DNA of 64,000 bases, filler included, from Basidiobolus ranarum (Eukaryota): NCBI GenBank assembly GCA_040143965.1. It is 28 parts of 28 records of this genome, joined end to end, with 100 filler letters (N's around TTAATTAATTAA, not from the genome) between each part and the next. Parts side by side here need not be neighbours in the genome. Positions count along the whole stretch, not along the records: positions 39,005 to 41,194 come from JASJQH010010537.1; positions 41,295 to 43,483 come from JASJQH010010538.1; positions 43,584 to 45,771 come from JASJQH010010539.1; positions 45,872 to 48,058 come from JASJQH010010540.1; positions 48,159 to 50,344 come from JASJQH010010541.1; positions 50,445 to 52,630 come from JASJQH010010542.1; positions 52,731 to 54,915 come from JASJQH010010543.1; 21 more parts are not named here. One strand, written 5' to 3'. The notes under the pieces are model-generated. The model searched no databases and had not been told where the DNA came from. It worked only from the letters and a program-made list of their open reading frames with translations. This document shows positions 40,385 through 52,791 of the stretch, piece by piece (the first letter of the stretch is position 1; each line of letters begins with the position of its first letter). A program made the translations under genes and the position numbers.

Positions 40385-41194
40385 ACCTAACAAAAAATAT
40401 TGATTTGATCCCAAGTGGATCCACAAAAAACACAACCATCAGAGAACCATCACAATATTGGTAGCTTGCCTTCTGTCACCAATTGTGATGGTGAAACAGC
40501 AGCTTCTTGAAGGTATTTTGACAATAATCATAGATAATAAAAATTAGTCCTTTACTTTGGCATGTGTTATTTAATTTCAACAATTATTGGAAAAATCCAA
40601 CTTTAGAAGGGCTAATTATGTTGAAATTATCATTGCTTAAACACCTATATAGTCATATATAGTACCCTAACAAAAGTAAAATTTATTTGATCTGGATTGG
40701 ATCCACCCTCCAAAATAGCAAAACCATCAGAAAACAATCATAATATTGGAGGCTTGCACTCTGCCAGGGATTTTGATGGTGTGAAAGTGGTTTCTTAATG
40801 GTATTTTGATGGTTTTCATACATGTTTAAATATTGATCCTTAAATTTGACATGTGTTATCCAATATCAGACAATTTTTGCAAAAATCTAGATTTCAAATG
40901 GCAAAATACTGGGTTTACTGCTGTAGATATTTATATTAATATGCATGCTTTTAATTAGATATTTTAGGCCTTGTATTCCAGCCATAATGAGTATCAAAAA
41001 ATACAAGAATCTTGTTGTGTTTAGTCACTACATATGCACATACTTGACTGATCAGACATAACTCATCAACCTCAACATGCTTAACCAGCAAACTAATGGT
41101 GGAAAAATTGCTAAACATCTGAAATTTTGAAAAGCACTGACACTTGGCAAATAGCTGACTCTTGTTACCATTCACAATGAGAATAAGCTCTTGG
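40385..41194 (-). mobile_element. Two CACTA downstream-terminal fragments (~40385, 40665) around an LTR-A start (40619)
   Basis: (C)CCTAACAAAA...GATCC subterminal sequence matching 20989-21520; a further copy at ~41391-41636. Confidence 0.8.
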
Positions 41195-41959
41195 NNNNNN
41201 NNNNNNNNNNNNNNNNNNNNNNNNNNNNNNNNNNNNNNTTAATTAATTAANNNNNNNNNNNNNNNNNNNNNNNNNNNNNNNNNNNNNNNNNNNNTCACAA
41301 ACACCCAAGAGGCAAGAGACAGACCCATATTACAGTACATCCCAGAGTTTTTCAACCATGTTTATTGCACCCTTTGGACACCTCAAAAAACCCTCTAACA
41401 AAAATAAAATTGATTTGATCTGGATCATATCTACCCTTCTGGATTGCATAACCATCAGAGAACTGTCACAATATTTGTGGCTTGCATTCTGCCAGGGATT
41501 TTGATGGTGTGATGGCAACTTCTTGACAATGTTTTGAATGTATTGATACATGTGAAAATAATGGTCCTCATAGTTTGCATGCATTCTTTAATTTCTTGCA
41601 AATTTTACCAAAATCTAGTTTTCAAATGGCAAATTACTGTTAAAGTATTTGGGAGCCTGTTGGAAGTGGTTTGGAGAATTAGAGGAATTGGTGGTTTTCA
41701 CTTGTTGATTTATTGAGTAGAAAGTTGAAATTTAAAGTTTTGTTATGATGTTAACAAACTACTGTGTAGAATGTGGGTTAATACTGGTGAATCTGAAAAA
41801 ATAGGAGATAACACTAATAGCATGATATGATTGGCTAAAAAAAATGGGTAAGTCAAATATGGATAAAAAAACAGAGATTTTGCAATAATAATGATGTGAG
41901 CTAGGAGTGGAAATAAATCAACCTGCCAGTGAGTAGCAACACTACCCCACTACAATGTC

Positions 41960-43483
41960 AGGTCACCAAGATCAGTCATTTTGAATTTGCAGATAAGCTG
42001 GATTTGGTTTTCTCCAAAGTCTTCAAGTCATTGGTTGCTATAATAATGTCTTCTACATATAAGGCTAATAAAACTGGGTTTGTCTTATCTGGCCTTAAGT
42101 TGATACTATAGTCAGCATTACTCTTTTGTAATATGGTTGTTTACCAGAAAGCATCTATCCTGCTATTCCAAGCTCTTGGAGATTGTTTCAAGCAATACAG
42201 TGTTTTCCAGAGTCTGCAAAATTTTTTTGGGTTTGCTGGGTCCACAAATCTGTCAGGCTGGTTTATATAGATCTCCTCAGCAAGCTCACCAGTCAAAAAA
42301 GTAGTTTTAACATCCATTGATGGAGAATAAATTGATATTTAGCTGATATTGATAAAATCAATATAAACAAATTAAACTTTGCTACTGGAGCAAAAGTTTC
42401 TGTATAATCTATTTGTGGAGTTTTGGAATATCCTTTGGCTACTAGTCAAGCTTTGTACCTTTCTATATTGCCATCAGAGTTGTATTTAACTTTAAACACC
42501 CATCAGCAGCCAATTGATTTTCTATCTTCAGGGAAGTTTGTTAATATCCTAGTTTTATTATCAATCAAGGCCTGGTACTCATCAGCCATTGTAGATCTCC
42601 AAAACTCTGTGTGAGAGCCATTAAGGGCCTCTTTTACAGTGTGGGTTGAAACTCCTATTCTTCAGATATACAGCTGTAGCAACAGATTCCACCCAAAAGC
42701 TATGAGATAACTTCTTTGCATTTATCATATATCTTGCCATTTCTATTATAGTCCTGTTAGCTCTTTCAGCAACTCCATTTTGTTGAGGCAAATAGGGGTC
42801 AGTAGTTTCTTGCTTAATTCCATGAACTTTGCAAAAGTGCTTACATAGTGTTAATGAATATTCTCCACCATTATTTGTATGTATTTTCTTGATTTTAGTT
42901 TCATTTTCAGTCTCCACAGATGTTTTAAAATCTCTAAAGATAGAGAGAGCTTCTTCTTTTCTTTCCTTAAAGTAGACCCAAGTGTATCTTGTATAATAAT
43001 CAATAAATGTGATTAAATATCTTTTTCCACCTAAAGATAAATTTTGCATTGGTCCACACAAATCTGAATGAAGTAGATCCAATTTGTTGACAGATGAGAT
43101 TAAACCAGAGCTCTTGAACAGTTGCCTGGCATGTTTTCCATATATTAAACCCTCAAAAATTTCTATTTTGGTAAGGGGGTTAATTTGAATTCTAGAAATT
43201 AGGCAATTTTTGATCATTTTGCTCAAATAATCAAATCCAATATGGCCAAATCTCTTATACCATAATTGAGCAGTTACTTGATTGGAATAACTTATATTTA
43301 CACATAAACCTCTTGGATTGTATGTAAGTTTGTATAATTTTTGATCTTTTTCTCCCAAAGCTAAATGATTCTCATTTTGATCAGTGATGGTGCATCCTGA
43401 CTTATCAAAATTGAATTTTAGCCCTTCTGAGGTGGCCTTGCATACAGATATTAAATTCTTGGCTATATCTAGAACATGTAGTA
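41960..43483 (-). mobile_element. Ty1/copia integrase and RT fragment
   Basis: 245-aa ORF with LDLLHSDLCGP, YLITFIDYYTRYTWVYF, TNNGGEY, PQQNGVAERANRTIIEMAR; RT motif MDVKTTFL downstream. Confidence 0.93.
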
Positions 43484-43583
43484 NNNNNNNNNNNNNNNNN
43501 NNNNNNNNNNNNNNNNNNNNNNNNNNNTTAATTAATTAANNNNNNNNNNNNNNNNNNNNNNNNNNNNNNNNNNNNNNNNNNNN

Positions 43584-45771
43584 ATCATAACAAACATGCC
43601 TGTTAAGCATGGGTGAAAATTTGAGGTGATTTGGAGAAGTTTTGAGAAAATAGTGAAAATTGGTAAAAGTGATCTAATTGATATTTCTATCAATCAGAGC
43701 AATAAACACACATTTTTGAATAACAGAATTGAGTGCTAAATAATCAGAATATGAATAAACTAACTACTAAATAATGAGTTGCTATTTACCTAATTTCAAC
43801 ATTCCCACTCAACTAATTATTTTGTATTTCTCTTAAACCTAACTTATATCTTAATAATTCAAATTGTGCTTTAGCTAAAGATTTGGTTAAGATATCAGCT
43901 ATCATATCTTCAGTAGGGCAATAGACAAATTCAATTATATCATTCTCTGTTACTTCTCTAAAAAAATGATGCCTAATATCTATATGTTTTGTTCTAGCAT
44001 GAAATGTAGGGTTTTTAGCTAATGAAATACAACTTTGATTATCTTCAAATACAGTAATAGCACATTTTTGCATGTATCCTAAGTCTGTAAATAACTTCCT
44101 TAACCACATAGCTTCTTGTGTAGTAGCAGAGGCAGCCATATACTCTGCTTCTGTAGTGGAAAGTGCTATGGTTGGTTGCTTCTTACTATTCCAAGTTATG
44201 GCTCCATTACCATGGAGAAAAGTGTATCCTGTTGTTAATCTGCTATCATCAAGGTTTCTTGCCCAGTCCGCATCACTGTAGCCTTCAAAATTTCTGCATC
44301 AGCAGTGGCAGAGTATTCCAGAACTAGATATGTAGTTCCTCTCAAATAACTGAATATTTGTTTTACTGCAGTTTTTACTCAGATCCTGCATTTTTGAGAT
44401 ATTGGCTGACAGTTCCCACTGCCACAGCAATGTCTGGATGTGTTCCAACCATTGTATACATTAAACTACCAACCATGGATTGATAAGGCAACTCCTGGCT
44501 TTGATTTGAGTCATTTTGGGCCAAATCAATGAAATTTTGATTAATTTCACATTGGGATCCATTGGTGTTGATACAGGCTTGCTATTCTCCATGGTGAAGC
44601 GTTTCAGGATGTCCAGGATGTAACCAAACTGATTCAGCATGATTCTCTGATTGGGCTTATCTCTCTGGATTTGGTTTCCAAGAAATTAACTTAATTCACC
44701 CATGTCAGTCATCTGAAATTGGTTTGATAAGCTGCTTTTTGTCTGATTAAGTGCAGCTAGATTGTTTGTGGCTATGATTAAGTCATCCACATATAGTGTC
44801 AAGATAGGGTTTCTATTTCCAGTTGTTTTGATGTAAATACTTTGATCTGCTGTGCATTTTTGGAATTCCAGAGCAACCAAATAGGTATCTATCATGTTAT
44901 ACCATGCACTGGGTGCTTGCTTGAGTCCATATAGCATTTTTTGCAGTTTACAGACAATACCAGGATATTATAGGTCAACAAATCCATCTGGTTGCTCCAT
45001 AAAGATCTCTTCTTCTAGATTTCAACTTAGAAAGGCTGTTTTTACATCCATTTAATGTAGATCAAGGTTATGAATGGTTGAGAGTGCCAGGATTGATCTA
45101 ATGAAGCAAGACTTAGCTACTAATCATGTACATCATCATTGGAAGTGTTCCACCAGTTTCCAGGCTGATATCTCCATCTGGTTGATCTTCTGGGTCCTGA
45201 ATCATCTTTTGATGTAATTGGGACTGAAATTTTGGTTGAATAAGGCTCAGATACAGCTGGAATTTTTCAGACACTTCCTGAATAGTGCTGATTGTGTTTT
45301 CTGGATCAAGAACTGTGATTTGAGGTGAAAAATATGCTTTTTCATCAAAAATCACATCTCTGCACTTGATTAACTTCTGATTTTTGGTATCAAACAGTCT
45401 GTAGGCTTTGGATCCATCACAGTAATCAAGACATATGAATTTTCTGCTTTTGTGTTCCAATTTTGAGCATTTTTGAGCTGGAATTAGTCAATATGCTGTG
45501 CAACCAAAGACCCTGAGATGATCCACACTGGGTATTGATCCATATAGGGCTTCAAATGGAGTATATATTTGTAGCAATCTTGTTGGGCATATGTTTTTGA
45601 TATAGACTGAAGTGGAGACAGATTCAGCCCAATATTGGTAATGTAACTTTTGATCATGTAACATTGATCTTGCCATCTCTACTATGGTCCTATTAGCACA
45701 TTCTGCAACTCCATTTTGCTGTGGAGCATAAGGTACAGTAGTTTGTTGCTTAATTCCATGTTTAGAGCAAA
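43584..45771 (-). mobile_element. Ty1/copia family B 3' half (integrase end, RT, RNase H, PPT, 3' LTR 43584-43801)
   Basis: [68 protein letters not shown]. Confidence 0.95.
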
Positions 45772-45871
45772 NNNNNNNNNNNNNNNNNNNNNNNNNNNNN
45801 NNNNNNNNNNNNNNNTTAATTAATTAANNNNNNNNNNNNNNNNNNNNNNNNNNNNNNNNNNNNNNNNNNNN

Positions 45872-46974
45872 CCATCACTGATCAAAATGGGAATTATTTA
45901 GCTTTGGGAGAAAAGGATCAAAACTTATACAAACTTACATATAATCCAAGAGATTTATGTGTAAATATAAGTTATTCCAATCCAGAAACTATTCAATTAT
46001 GTCATAAGAGACTCGGCCATATTGGATTTGATTATTTGAGCAAAATGATCAAAAATTGCCGAATTTCTGGAATTCAAATTAACCCCCAACTAAAATGCAA
46101 ATTTTTGATGGTTGTGTATATGGAAAACAAGCTAGGCAACTGTTCAAGAGCTCTGGTTTAACCAAATCTGTCAGAAAATGGATCTAATTCATTCAGATTT
46201 GTGTGGACCTATGCAAAATTTATCATTATGTGGAAAAAGATATTTAATCACATTTATTGATGATTATACAAGATACACTTGGGTCTACTTTATGGAAAGA
46301 AAAGAAGAAGCTCTCTCTATCTTTAGAGACTTTAAAACACTTGTGGAGACTGAAACTGGAACTAAAATCAAGAAAATACATACTGATAATGGTGGAGAAT
46401 ATACTTCAACACTATTTAAGCACTTTTGCAAAGTTCATGGAATTAAGCAAGAAACTACTGCTCCCTATTCACCTCAACAAAATGGAGTTGCTGAAAGAGC
46501 TAACAGGACCATAATAGAAATGGCAAGATCTATGATAAATGCACAAAATTGATCTCATAACTTTTGGGTGGAATCTGTTGATACAGCTGTATATCTGAAG
46601 AATAGGAGTTTTACTAGAAGTCTGTCTAACTCTACACCATATCAAGCTTGGTTTGGAGTGTGATCCAAAAAGTAAGAAATGCATACTTCTGGGTTATTGT
46701 ACTCAAATTAAGGCCTACAGACTCTATGATACCAAAATTTCCAAGTTAATCATGTTCAAGGATGTTTTGTTTAATGAAAATGAAAAATTTTTACTCAAAA
46801 TGACCTCAGATGAGGACAAAAATTAATTTTCTCCTGATCCAATCATTCAAATTGATTCAAGCCAAAACAATGAAGAAAATAGCATTCCTGTGGACCCTTC
46901 AACCAAAATTTTGCCTACTGAAGTGCCCAATACAATTCCAGAAGTTGTAGTACTTTTATCCCAAACCAGGAGAT
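45872..46974 (+). mobile_element. Ty1/copia integrase
   Basis: HSDLCGP...FIDDYTR...TDNGGEY...PQQNGVAER (DDE triad intact). Confidence 0.94.
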
Positions 46975-48058
46975 TGTCATGTTTCTGATCTTGGCATACT
47001 GATCCACTGCAAATAGAACTCTTCTAATATTAGATTATGACATCATATCTGCTGTGCCATCCCTTCTTGGCAATCTTGCATTAGATCATCCAGATCACCA
47101 TATATGGAAGTCATGTTCTTTGGAACATTCCATGAAACCTAACCAAGCTCTATCTTGGTTTGCTCCTTTGATGGAAAGTCAATCTCCACTTCTTTCAAAC
47201 TTCCTTGCCTTTCTTGCTGAACTGGAGGCCACATTTGGAAATGCAGATAAAGAAAGAACTTCAGCCACCAAGCTCTGTGCACTTAAACAAGGGTCAAAAC
47301 CTGCATCAACTTATGCTGCAGAATTCCACCTTCTTGCCTGTGATCTCAATTGGGGAGAATCTGCCCTGATCAACCAATTCCAATATGGACTCCAAGAAAA
47401 TATTAAGGATCTTTTACTCACTATGGCTGATCCAGTGACCTTGACTGATGCTATCCACCAGGCAGTTAAATGTGACAACCGGTTGTTTGAAAGACAACAA
47501 CAAAGAAATATGGTTCCTTTCTTCTCTCCTTCATCATCTACTTTCAGACCCCCCTTCCATCAAACACAAAATACAGCTCAAGCTGATGACCCAATGCAAA
47601 TTGATGGAACTTGCTTCAGAAAGCTTAGCCCTGAGGAGAAATATTGATGCCAACAAGAGAATCTATGCCTCTATTGTGGAGCTCCTGGACATGTAGCAAG
47701 AACCTGTCCAAAGAAGAATCCTGGATTTAAGATCAACAATATACAACTACAAGAGAACTCTTCGCAACCGTTGGAAAACTTCAACACCTAGCTGCAATAA
47801 TGAGCATGCAGTTGGGCAAACCATCTTCAAAATTGTATCTTCACCATGCATTCCAATCTCTGCAGTCAAATGAATCATTAACTCTGCCCATTACACTCCT
47901 GCTACCAGATTCCAAGTCAATAAAAACAACTGCACTTCTTGATTCAGGTGCTTCCTCCTGTTTTATTGACTCTGCCTTTGTAAAATCCTACTCTTTCCCA
48001 ACAATCAAGAAATCTAGTTTTGTCCTCATAGAAGTAATTGATGGAAGGCTGCTATCAT
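46975..48058 (+). mobile_element. Chromovirus deletion derivative: LTR 5' part fused to gag, Zn knuckle and protease
   Basis: LTR 46975-~47146, then ALSWFAPL...LKQGSKPASTYAAEF...FQYGL (Retrotrans_gag), CLYCGAPGHVARTC and ALLDSGASSCFID. Confidence 0.92.
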
Positions 48059-48158
48059 NNNNNNNNNNNNNNNNNNNNNNNNNNNNNNNNNNNNNNNNNN
48101 NNTTAATTAATTAANNNNNNNNNNNNNNNNNNNNNNNNNNNNNNNNNNNNNNNNNNNN

Positions 48159-49648
48159 TGCTATATGGACTCAAGCAAGCACCCAGGGTATGGTACAACA
48201 AGATAGATACCTATTTTGAATCACTAGAATTCCAAATATGCACTGCAGGTCACACAGTATCTACATCAAAACAACTGGAAACAGAATTCTTTTCTTGGCA
48301 CTATATGTGGATGACTTGATTATAGGCACAAATGATCTGGAAGCACTTAATCAGAAACAAAGTAGCTTAGCAAACCAATTGCAGAAAATGGATATGGGTG
48401 AATCAAGCTATTTTCTTGGAATTCCAATCGAGAGAGATAAACCCAATCAGAAAAGCATGCTGAATTGTCTAGATATATCCTAGACATCCTGAAATGATTC
48501 AACATGGAGAATAGCAAGCCTGTTTCAACACCAATGGATCCCAATGAGAAATTAATCAAATTTGCATCCAATTTGGCCCAAAATGACTCAAATCAAAGCC
48601 AGGAGTTCTTTTATCATTCCATGATGGGTATTTTGTGTATAGAAAGATTGGAACATGTCCAGACACTGCTGTGGCAGCGGGAACTGTCAGCCATTATCTC
48701 AAAATTCCATGATCTGAGCACAAAACTGCAGTAAAACAAATACTCAGGTATTTGAGAGGAACAGTAGTTCTAGTCCTAGGGTATGCTCCCACTCCTGAAG
48801 CACAAAATTTTGAAGGCTACAGTGAAGCAGCATGGGGAAGAGACCTTGATGATAGAAGAACAACAACTGGGCACACTTTTCTCCAGGGTAATGGAGCCAC
48901 AACTTGGTATAATAAGAAGCAACCACCTGTAGCACTTTCCACTACCAGAGCAGATTATATGGCTGCCTCTTCTACTACTCAAGAAGCTATGTGGTTAAGG
49001 AAGTTATTTACATACCTAGGATACATGCAAGAACATGCTTTTACTGTATTTGAAGATAATCAAAGTTGTATTTCATTAGCAAAAAAATCCTACATTTCAT
49101 GCTAGAACATAACGTATAGATATAAGCCATCATTTTTTTTGAGAAGAAATTGAGAATGATATAATTGAACTTGTCTATTGCCTTACTGAAGAATTGATTG
49201 CTAACATCCTAACCAAACCTTTGGCTAAAGCACAATTTGAATGATAAGGATATAATTTAGGTTTAAGAGAAATATGAAATAATTAGTTGAGTGGGAATGT
49301 TGAAATTAGGTAAATAACAGCTCATTGTTTAGTAGTTAGTTTGTTCATATTCCAATTATTTTGCACTCAATTCTGCTATTCAAAAACATGTGTTTATTGC
49401 TCTAATTGATAGAAATATCAATTGGAACACTTTTATCAATTTTCACTATTTTCTCAAAGCTTCTCCAAATCACCGCAGATTTTCACCAATACTTAATAGG
49501 CATGTTTGTTATGATCTAAGCACATCTAATACTCTTATTTCATAGTACACTTTACATAGGACTTATGAAGTTAAATAAACTTAAGTGTCTAATTCACATA
49601 TCCAAATCTTGTCTAACACACTTCCAAGTCCCCTAAACACTTTGATCA
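48159..49648 (+). mobile_element. Ty1/copia family B RT-RNase H, PPT and complete 3' LTR (49298-49648)
   Basis: LYVDDL, KKQPPVALSTT, EDNQSCI; close paralog of 43584-44940. An inverted LTR-B fragment follows at ~49870-50162. Confidence 0.93.
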
Positions 49649-50446
49649 GTTACAGGCTCAGAAGCTGAAACATCACCAAATTGGATCCATGTGAAGGTTA
49701 CATACATGGACAACATCACATAGAGCCTTTTTTATTTTCTGGAGAGATTAAATCAACTCGGAATTTTGCCCTGATTCAGTATACTCTGTGTAGACCCATG
49801 AAAAACAACTCACTCTGTGGCAAAAGGCACTTAACAACCTTTATTAAAGACATAGCAAGATATTGACAAAAGCATTTGGACAAGATTTGGATTTGTAAAT
49901 AAACACTGAAGTTTTATTTAATAAAATAAGTGATATTTATAGTTTGCTATGAAATTGTACTATTGGATATGCTTAGATCATATCAAACATGCCTGCAAGG
50001 CATGGGTGAAATTTTCTGATGATGTGGAGAAGTATTGAGAAAAAAGTGAAAAATGATAAAATTGATCTATTTGATATTTCCATCAATTAGAGCAATATAA
50101 ACACATTTTTGAATGATATACTAACTACTAAATAATGAGTTGCTATATACCTGATCTCAACTTTGCACTCAACTAACAATGTTGTGTTCTCTAAAACGTA
50201 ACATGTATCTTAATAATTCAAATTGTGCTTTAGCTAATGGTATTGGGAAAATATGGGCTGTTTGGAGGAACTTTAGAAAAGTGGAGTTGTGAATAGCTTT
50301 GTGAGATAATTATTTATTGACCAGATATTAAGCATTTATACATTNNNNNNNNNNNNNNNNNNNNNNNNNNNNNNNNNNNNNNNNNNNNTTAATTAATTAA
50401 NNNNNNNNNNNNNNNNNNNNNNNNNNNNNNNNNNNNNNNNNNNNAT

Positions 50447-50917
50447 GGTGGTGACAATGGCAACGGTGGTAACGGAGCTGGTGAATATGATGCTGGAAAG
50501 GGTGGAAATGTAAATGGTGATAGTAATGATGGGGCTGGCAATGGTGGTGACAACGGCAACGGTGGTAACGGAGCTGGAGCCTATGATGCTGGAAAGGGTG
50601 CATATGTCATCGTTGATAGTAATTGTGTTGCGTGCAATGGTGGCGATAATAGCAACGGCGGTAACGGAGCTGGTGCCTATGATGCTGGAAAGGGTGGAAA
50701 TGGCAACGGTGATGGTAACGGTGGAGCTGACAATGGCAACGGTGGTAACGGAGCTGGTGCATATGATGCTGGAAAGGGTGGAAATGGAAATGATGATGGT
50801 AATGACGGAGCTGGCAATGGGGGTGACCATGGAGACGGTGGTAATGGATCTAGCGCTTATGACGCTGGAAAGGGTGGAAATGATAATAGTAATGGAGAGC
50901 AGGACTGCGACAAATAG
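50447..50917 (+). CDS. C-terminal part of a Gly/Asn/Asp-rich tandem-repeat protein
   Basis: Open frame from the contig start to TAG; five units of about GGDNGNGGNGAGAYDAGKGGNGNGDGNDGAGN with mostly third-position variation; ends GEQDCDK. Confidence 0.8.
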   Translation, partial: GGDNGNGGNGAGEYDAGKGGNVNGDSNDGAGNGGDNGNGGNGAGAYDAGKGAYVIVDSNCVACNGGDNSNGGNGAGAYDAGKGGNGNGDGNGGADNGNGGNGAGAYDAGKGGNGNDDGNDGAGNGGDHGDGGNGSSAYDAGKGGNDNSNGEQDCDK

Positions 50918-52221
50918 AGACCTTAACTTGTTATACTTATATTTATACCGTATTTGTTTATGCTCCATGATGTAGATGATTTCAAAATAGGTTCGATTAA
51001 AATACAAACATATTTAACGATTGATTTCCAGATAAATTGTACGCTTTCAATATTGGTGAATAAGGCAATACATAGAGCTCCTACTCTCCAATGTTGGATT
51101 AAATACCGAGTGTTAATTGGATATTGAAAATCATGGGCAATACAAGGCCAATTCTTGCTGCTCTAGTCAGTTGAAATGTATTGAAATAGGGGAGCTTATA
51201 GTATATAAAACTTAATTACTACCCACTTGATTATCTGAATTGGTAACACTTTTTCATCAAGGGATAGGTCAGGTTTATTATCCAAAATTGAGCTTTACCG
51301 AAGTTGAAGATTGCCTAAAATACAAGCTGCAGCGGTATCGAGTAAGATCAGATTGTAATTTGCATTGCTGTACCTAATGTTTACGGATAGTTCGACTAAA
51401 GAGTTGTCACCCAAGAGTCTTTAGCTATATTCCATATCAAAGGTGAAAGCCATTCTACTTCATACCAATATCCATATCATGTTTGTATAAAAATAACTTA
51501 CATATCTATCTTCAGTTCTAAAGGGTTTGTGAAAGTATTGCATGTAATATACTGATTAGAATCACCCAGTGCTAAATATGTCAATGAGACTTGCTTTAAT
51601 ACGCAAAAATATTTGTCATTCCTCAGGATAAAGATTAATTGAATATCTGCCTGGGTACATATATCAATAGCAATAAAAGTTTAATAGATCTGAATGACCA
51701 TTCTTAAAGTCATAGTGAACTTGTTACAAAATTGTATTATCAGACAAAAAGCGATGGCAATTTCGGAGACAACATAATTTCTGAATCAGCTCAATAGTTT
51801 GCACACATATAATTAATAAGCATACCTCAACCTCAACCTAGTTTCATATCTTCACCTTTCCCACACGTCTTGCAATCACCAAAACAGAAAAGGAAAAGCA
51901 TGTATCTCCAGAACTGCTGGGATGAATCATTACTAAACTTTAGGGAGATAATTCCCTATTATTATTCTAACCTAGGTATAAATCTCAAAACGAACTGACA
52001 ACGGAGACAAAAGTCACAAGATATCGGAAACGGGCCATCAGTGTTATATACATGTTTAGAAATTAGCACACTCCTAAATCCGGCAGGAATGCCACTTAAT
52101 TTTCCCCTGATCAACCCTATAAAAATAGTGCAATCAAAATAAAGTTAATCAGTCAATTTATCAGTGAATCAAGTGCCGAAATTGCACTCACCTCAGGAAC
52201 CAGCTTCAATTAACTAACCAG

Positions 52222-52293
52222 GGCTCAATGGTCTAGTCGTATGATTCCTCGTTCGGGTCGTGGAGGTCCCGGGTTCAATTCCCGGTTGAGCCC
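52222..52293 (+). tRNA. tRNA-Pro(CGG)
   Basis: GGCTCAA/TTGAGCC acceptor stem, TT-CGG-GT loop, CCGGG-TTCAATT-CCCGG T arm, T5 terminator at 52298-52302. Confidence 0.9.
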
Positions 52294-52791
52294 TCTGTTT
52301 TTGCTCAATACAGCACCTTTTTGGTATTATAGCATTCAAGGTAATTAATGTTGGTAGTGGTAGAGAATGGTTGGAAAAGTGCAGAGTTATGAAAAAAGCA
52401 AGTTTTCCATTCTCCAATTGGGATTTATTTAGTCATAGAAATAAATTACCATGTTCAACAATGACTTTACATCATGATGAACAGTATTGGGAATCACATA
52501 TGGCGATTGAAGTCTTGGATAGGGGGGAGACAGTCACCAAAAGGTGAAATCTTTATTTCAAACAAAACAAAGAAGCCATAACTACTTTTGTAGTTTCTTA
52601 ACTAATGTATGGAGATCAGGAGTATTTGTANNNNNNNNNNNNNNNNNNNNNNNNNNNNNNNNNNNNNNNNNNNNTTAATTAATTAANNNNNNNNNNNNNN
52701 NNNNNNNNNNNNNNNNNNNNNNNNNNNNNNCGTGGGGGGTTAGTAATGAAATTAGAATTAAGTCTACTAATAATAGGGGTAGGTTTATTAT

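Noticed and set aside
50393-51007. 204-aa hydrophobic and 153-aa Met/Val-rich ORFs
   Set aside because: Shadow frames of the Gly-rich repeat CDS; variation between units is mostly synonymous in the Gly frame.
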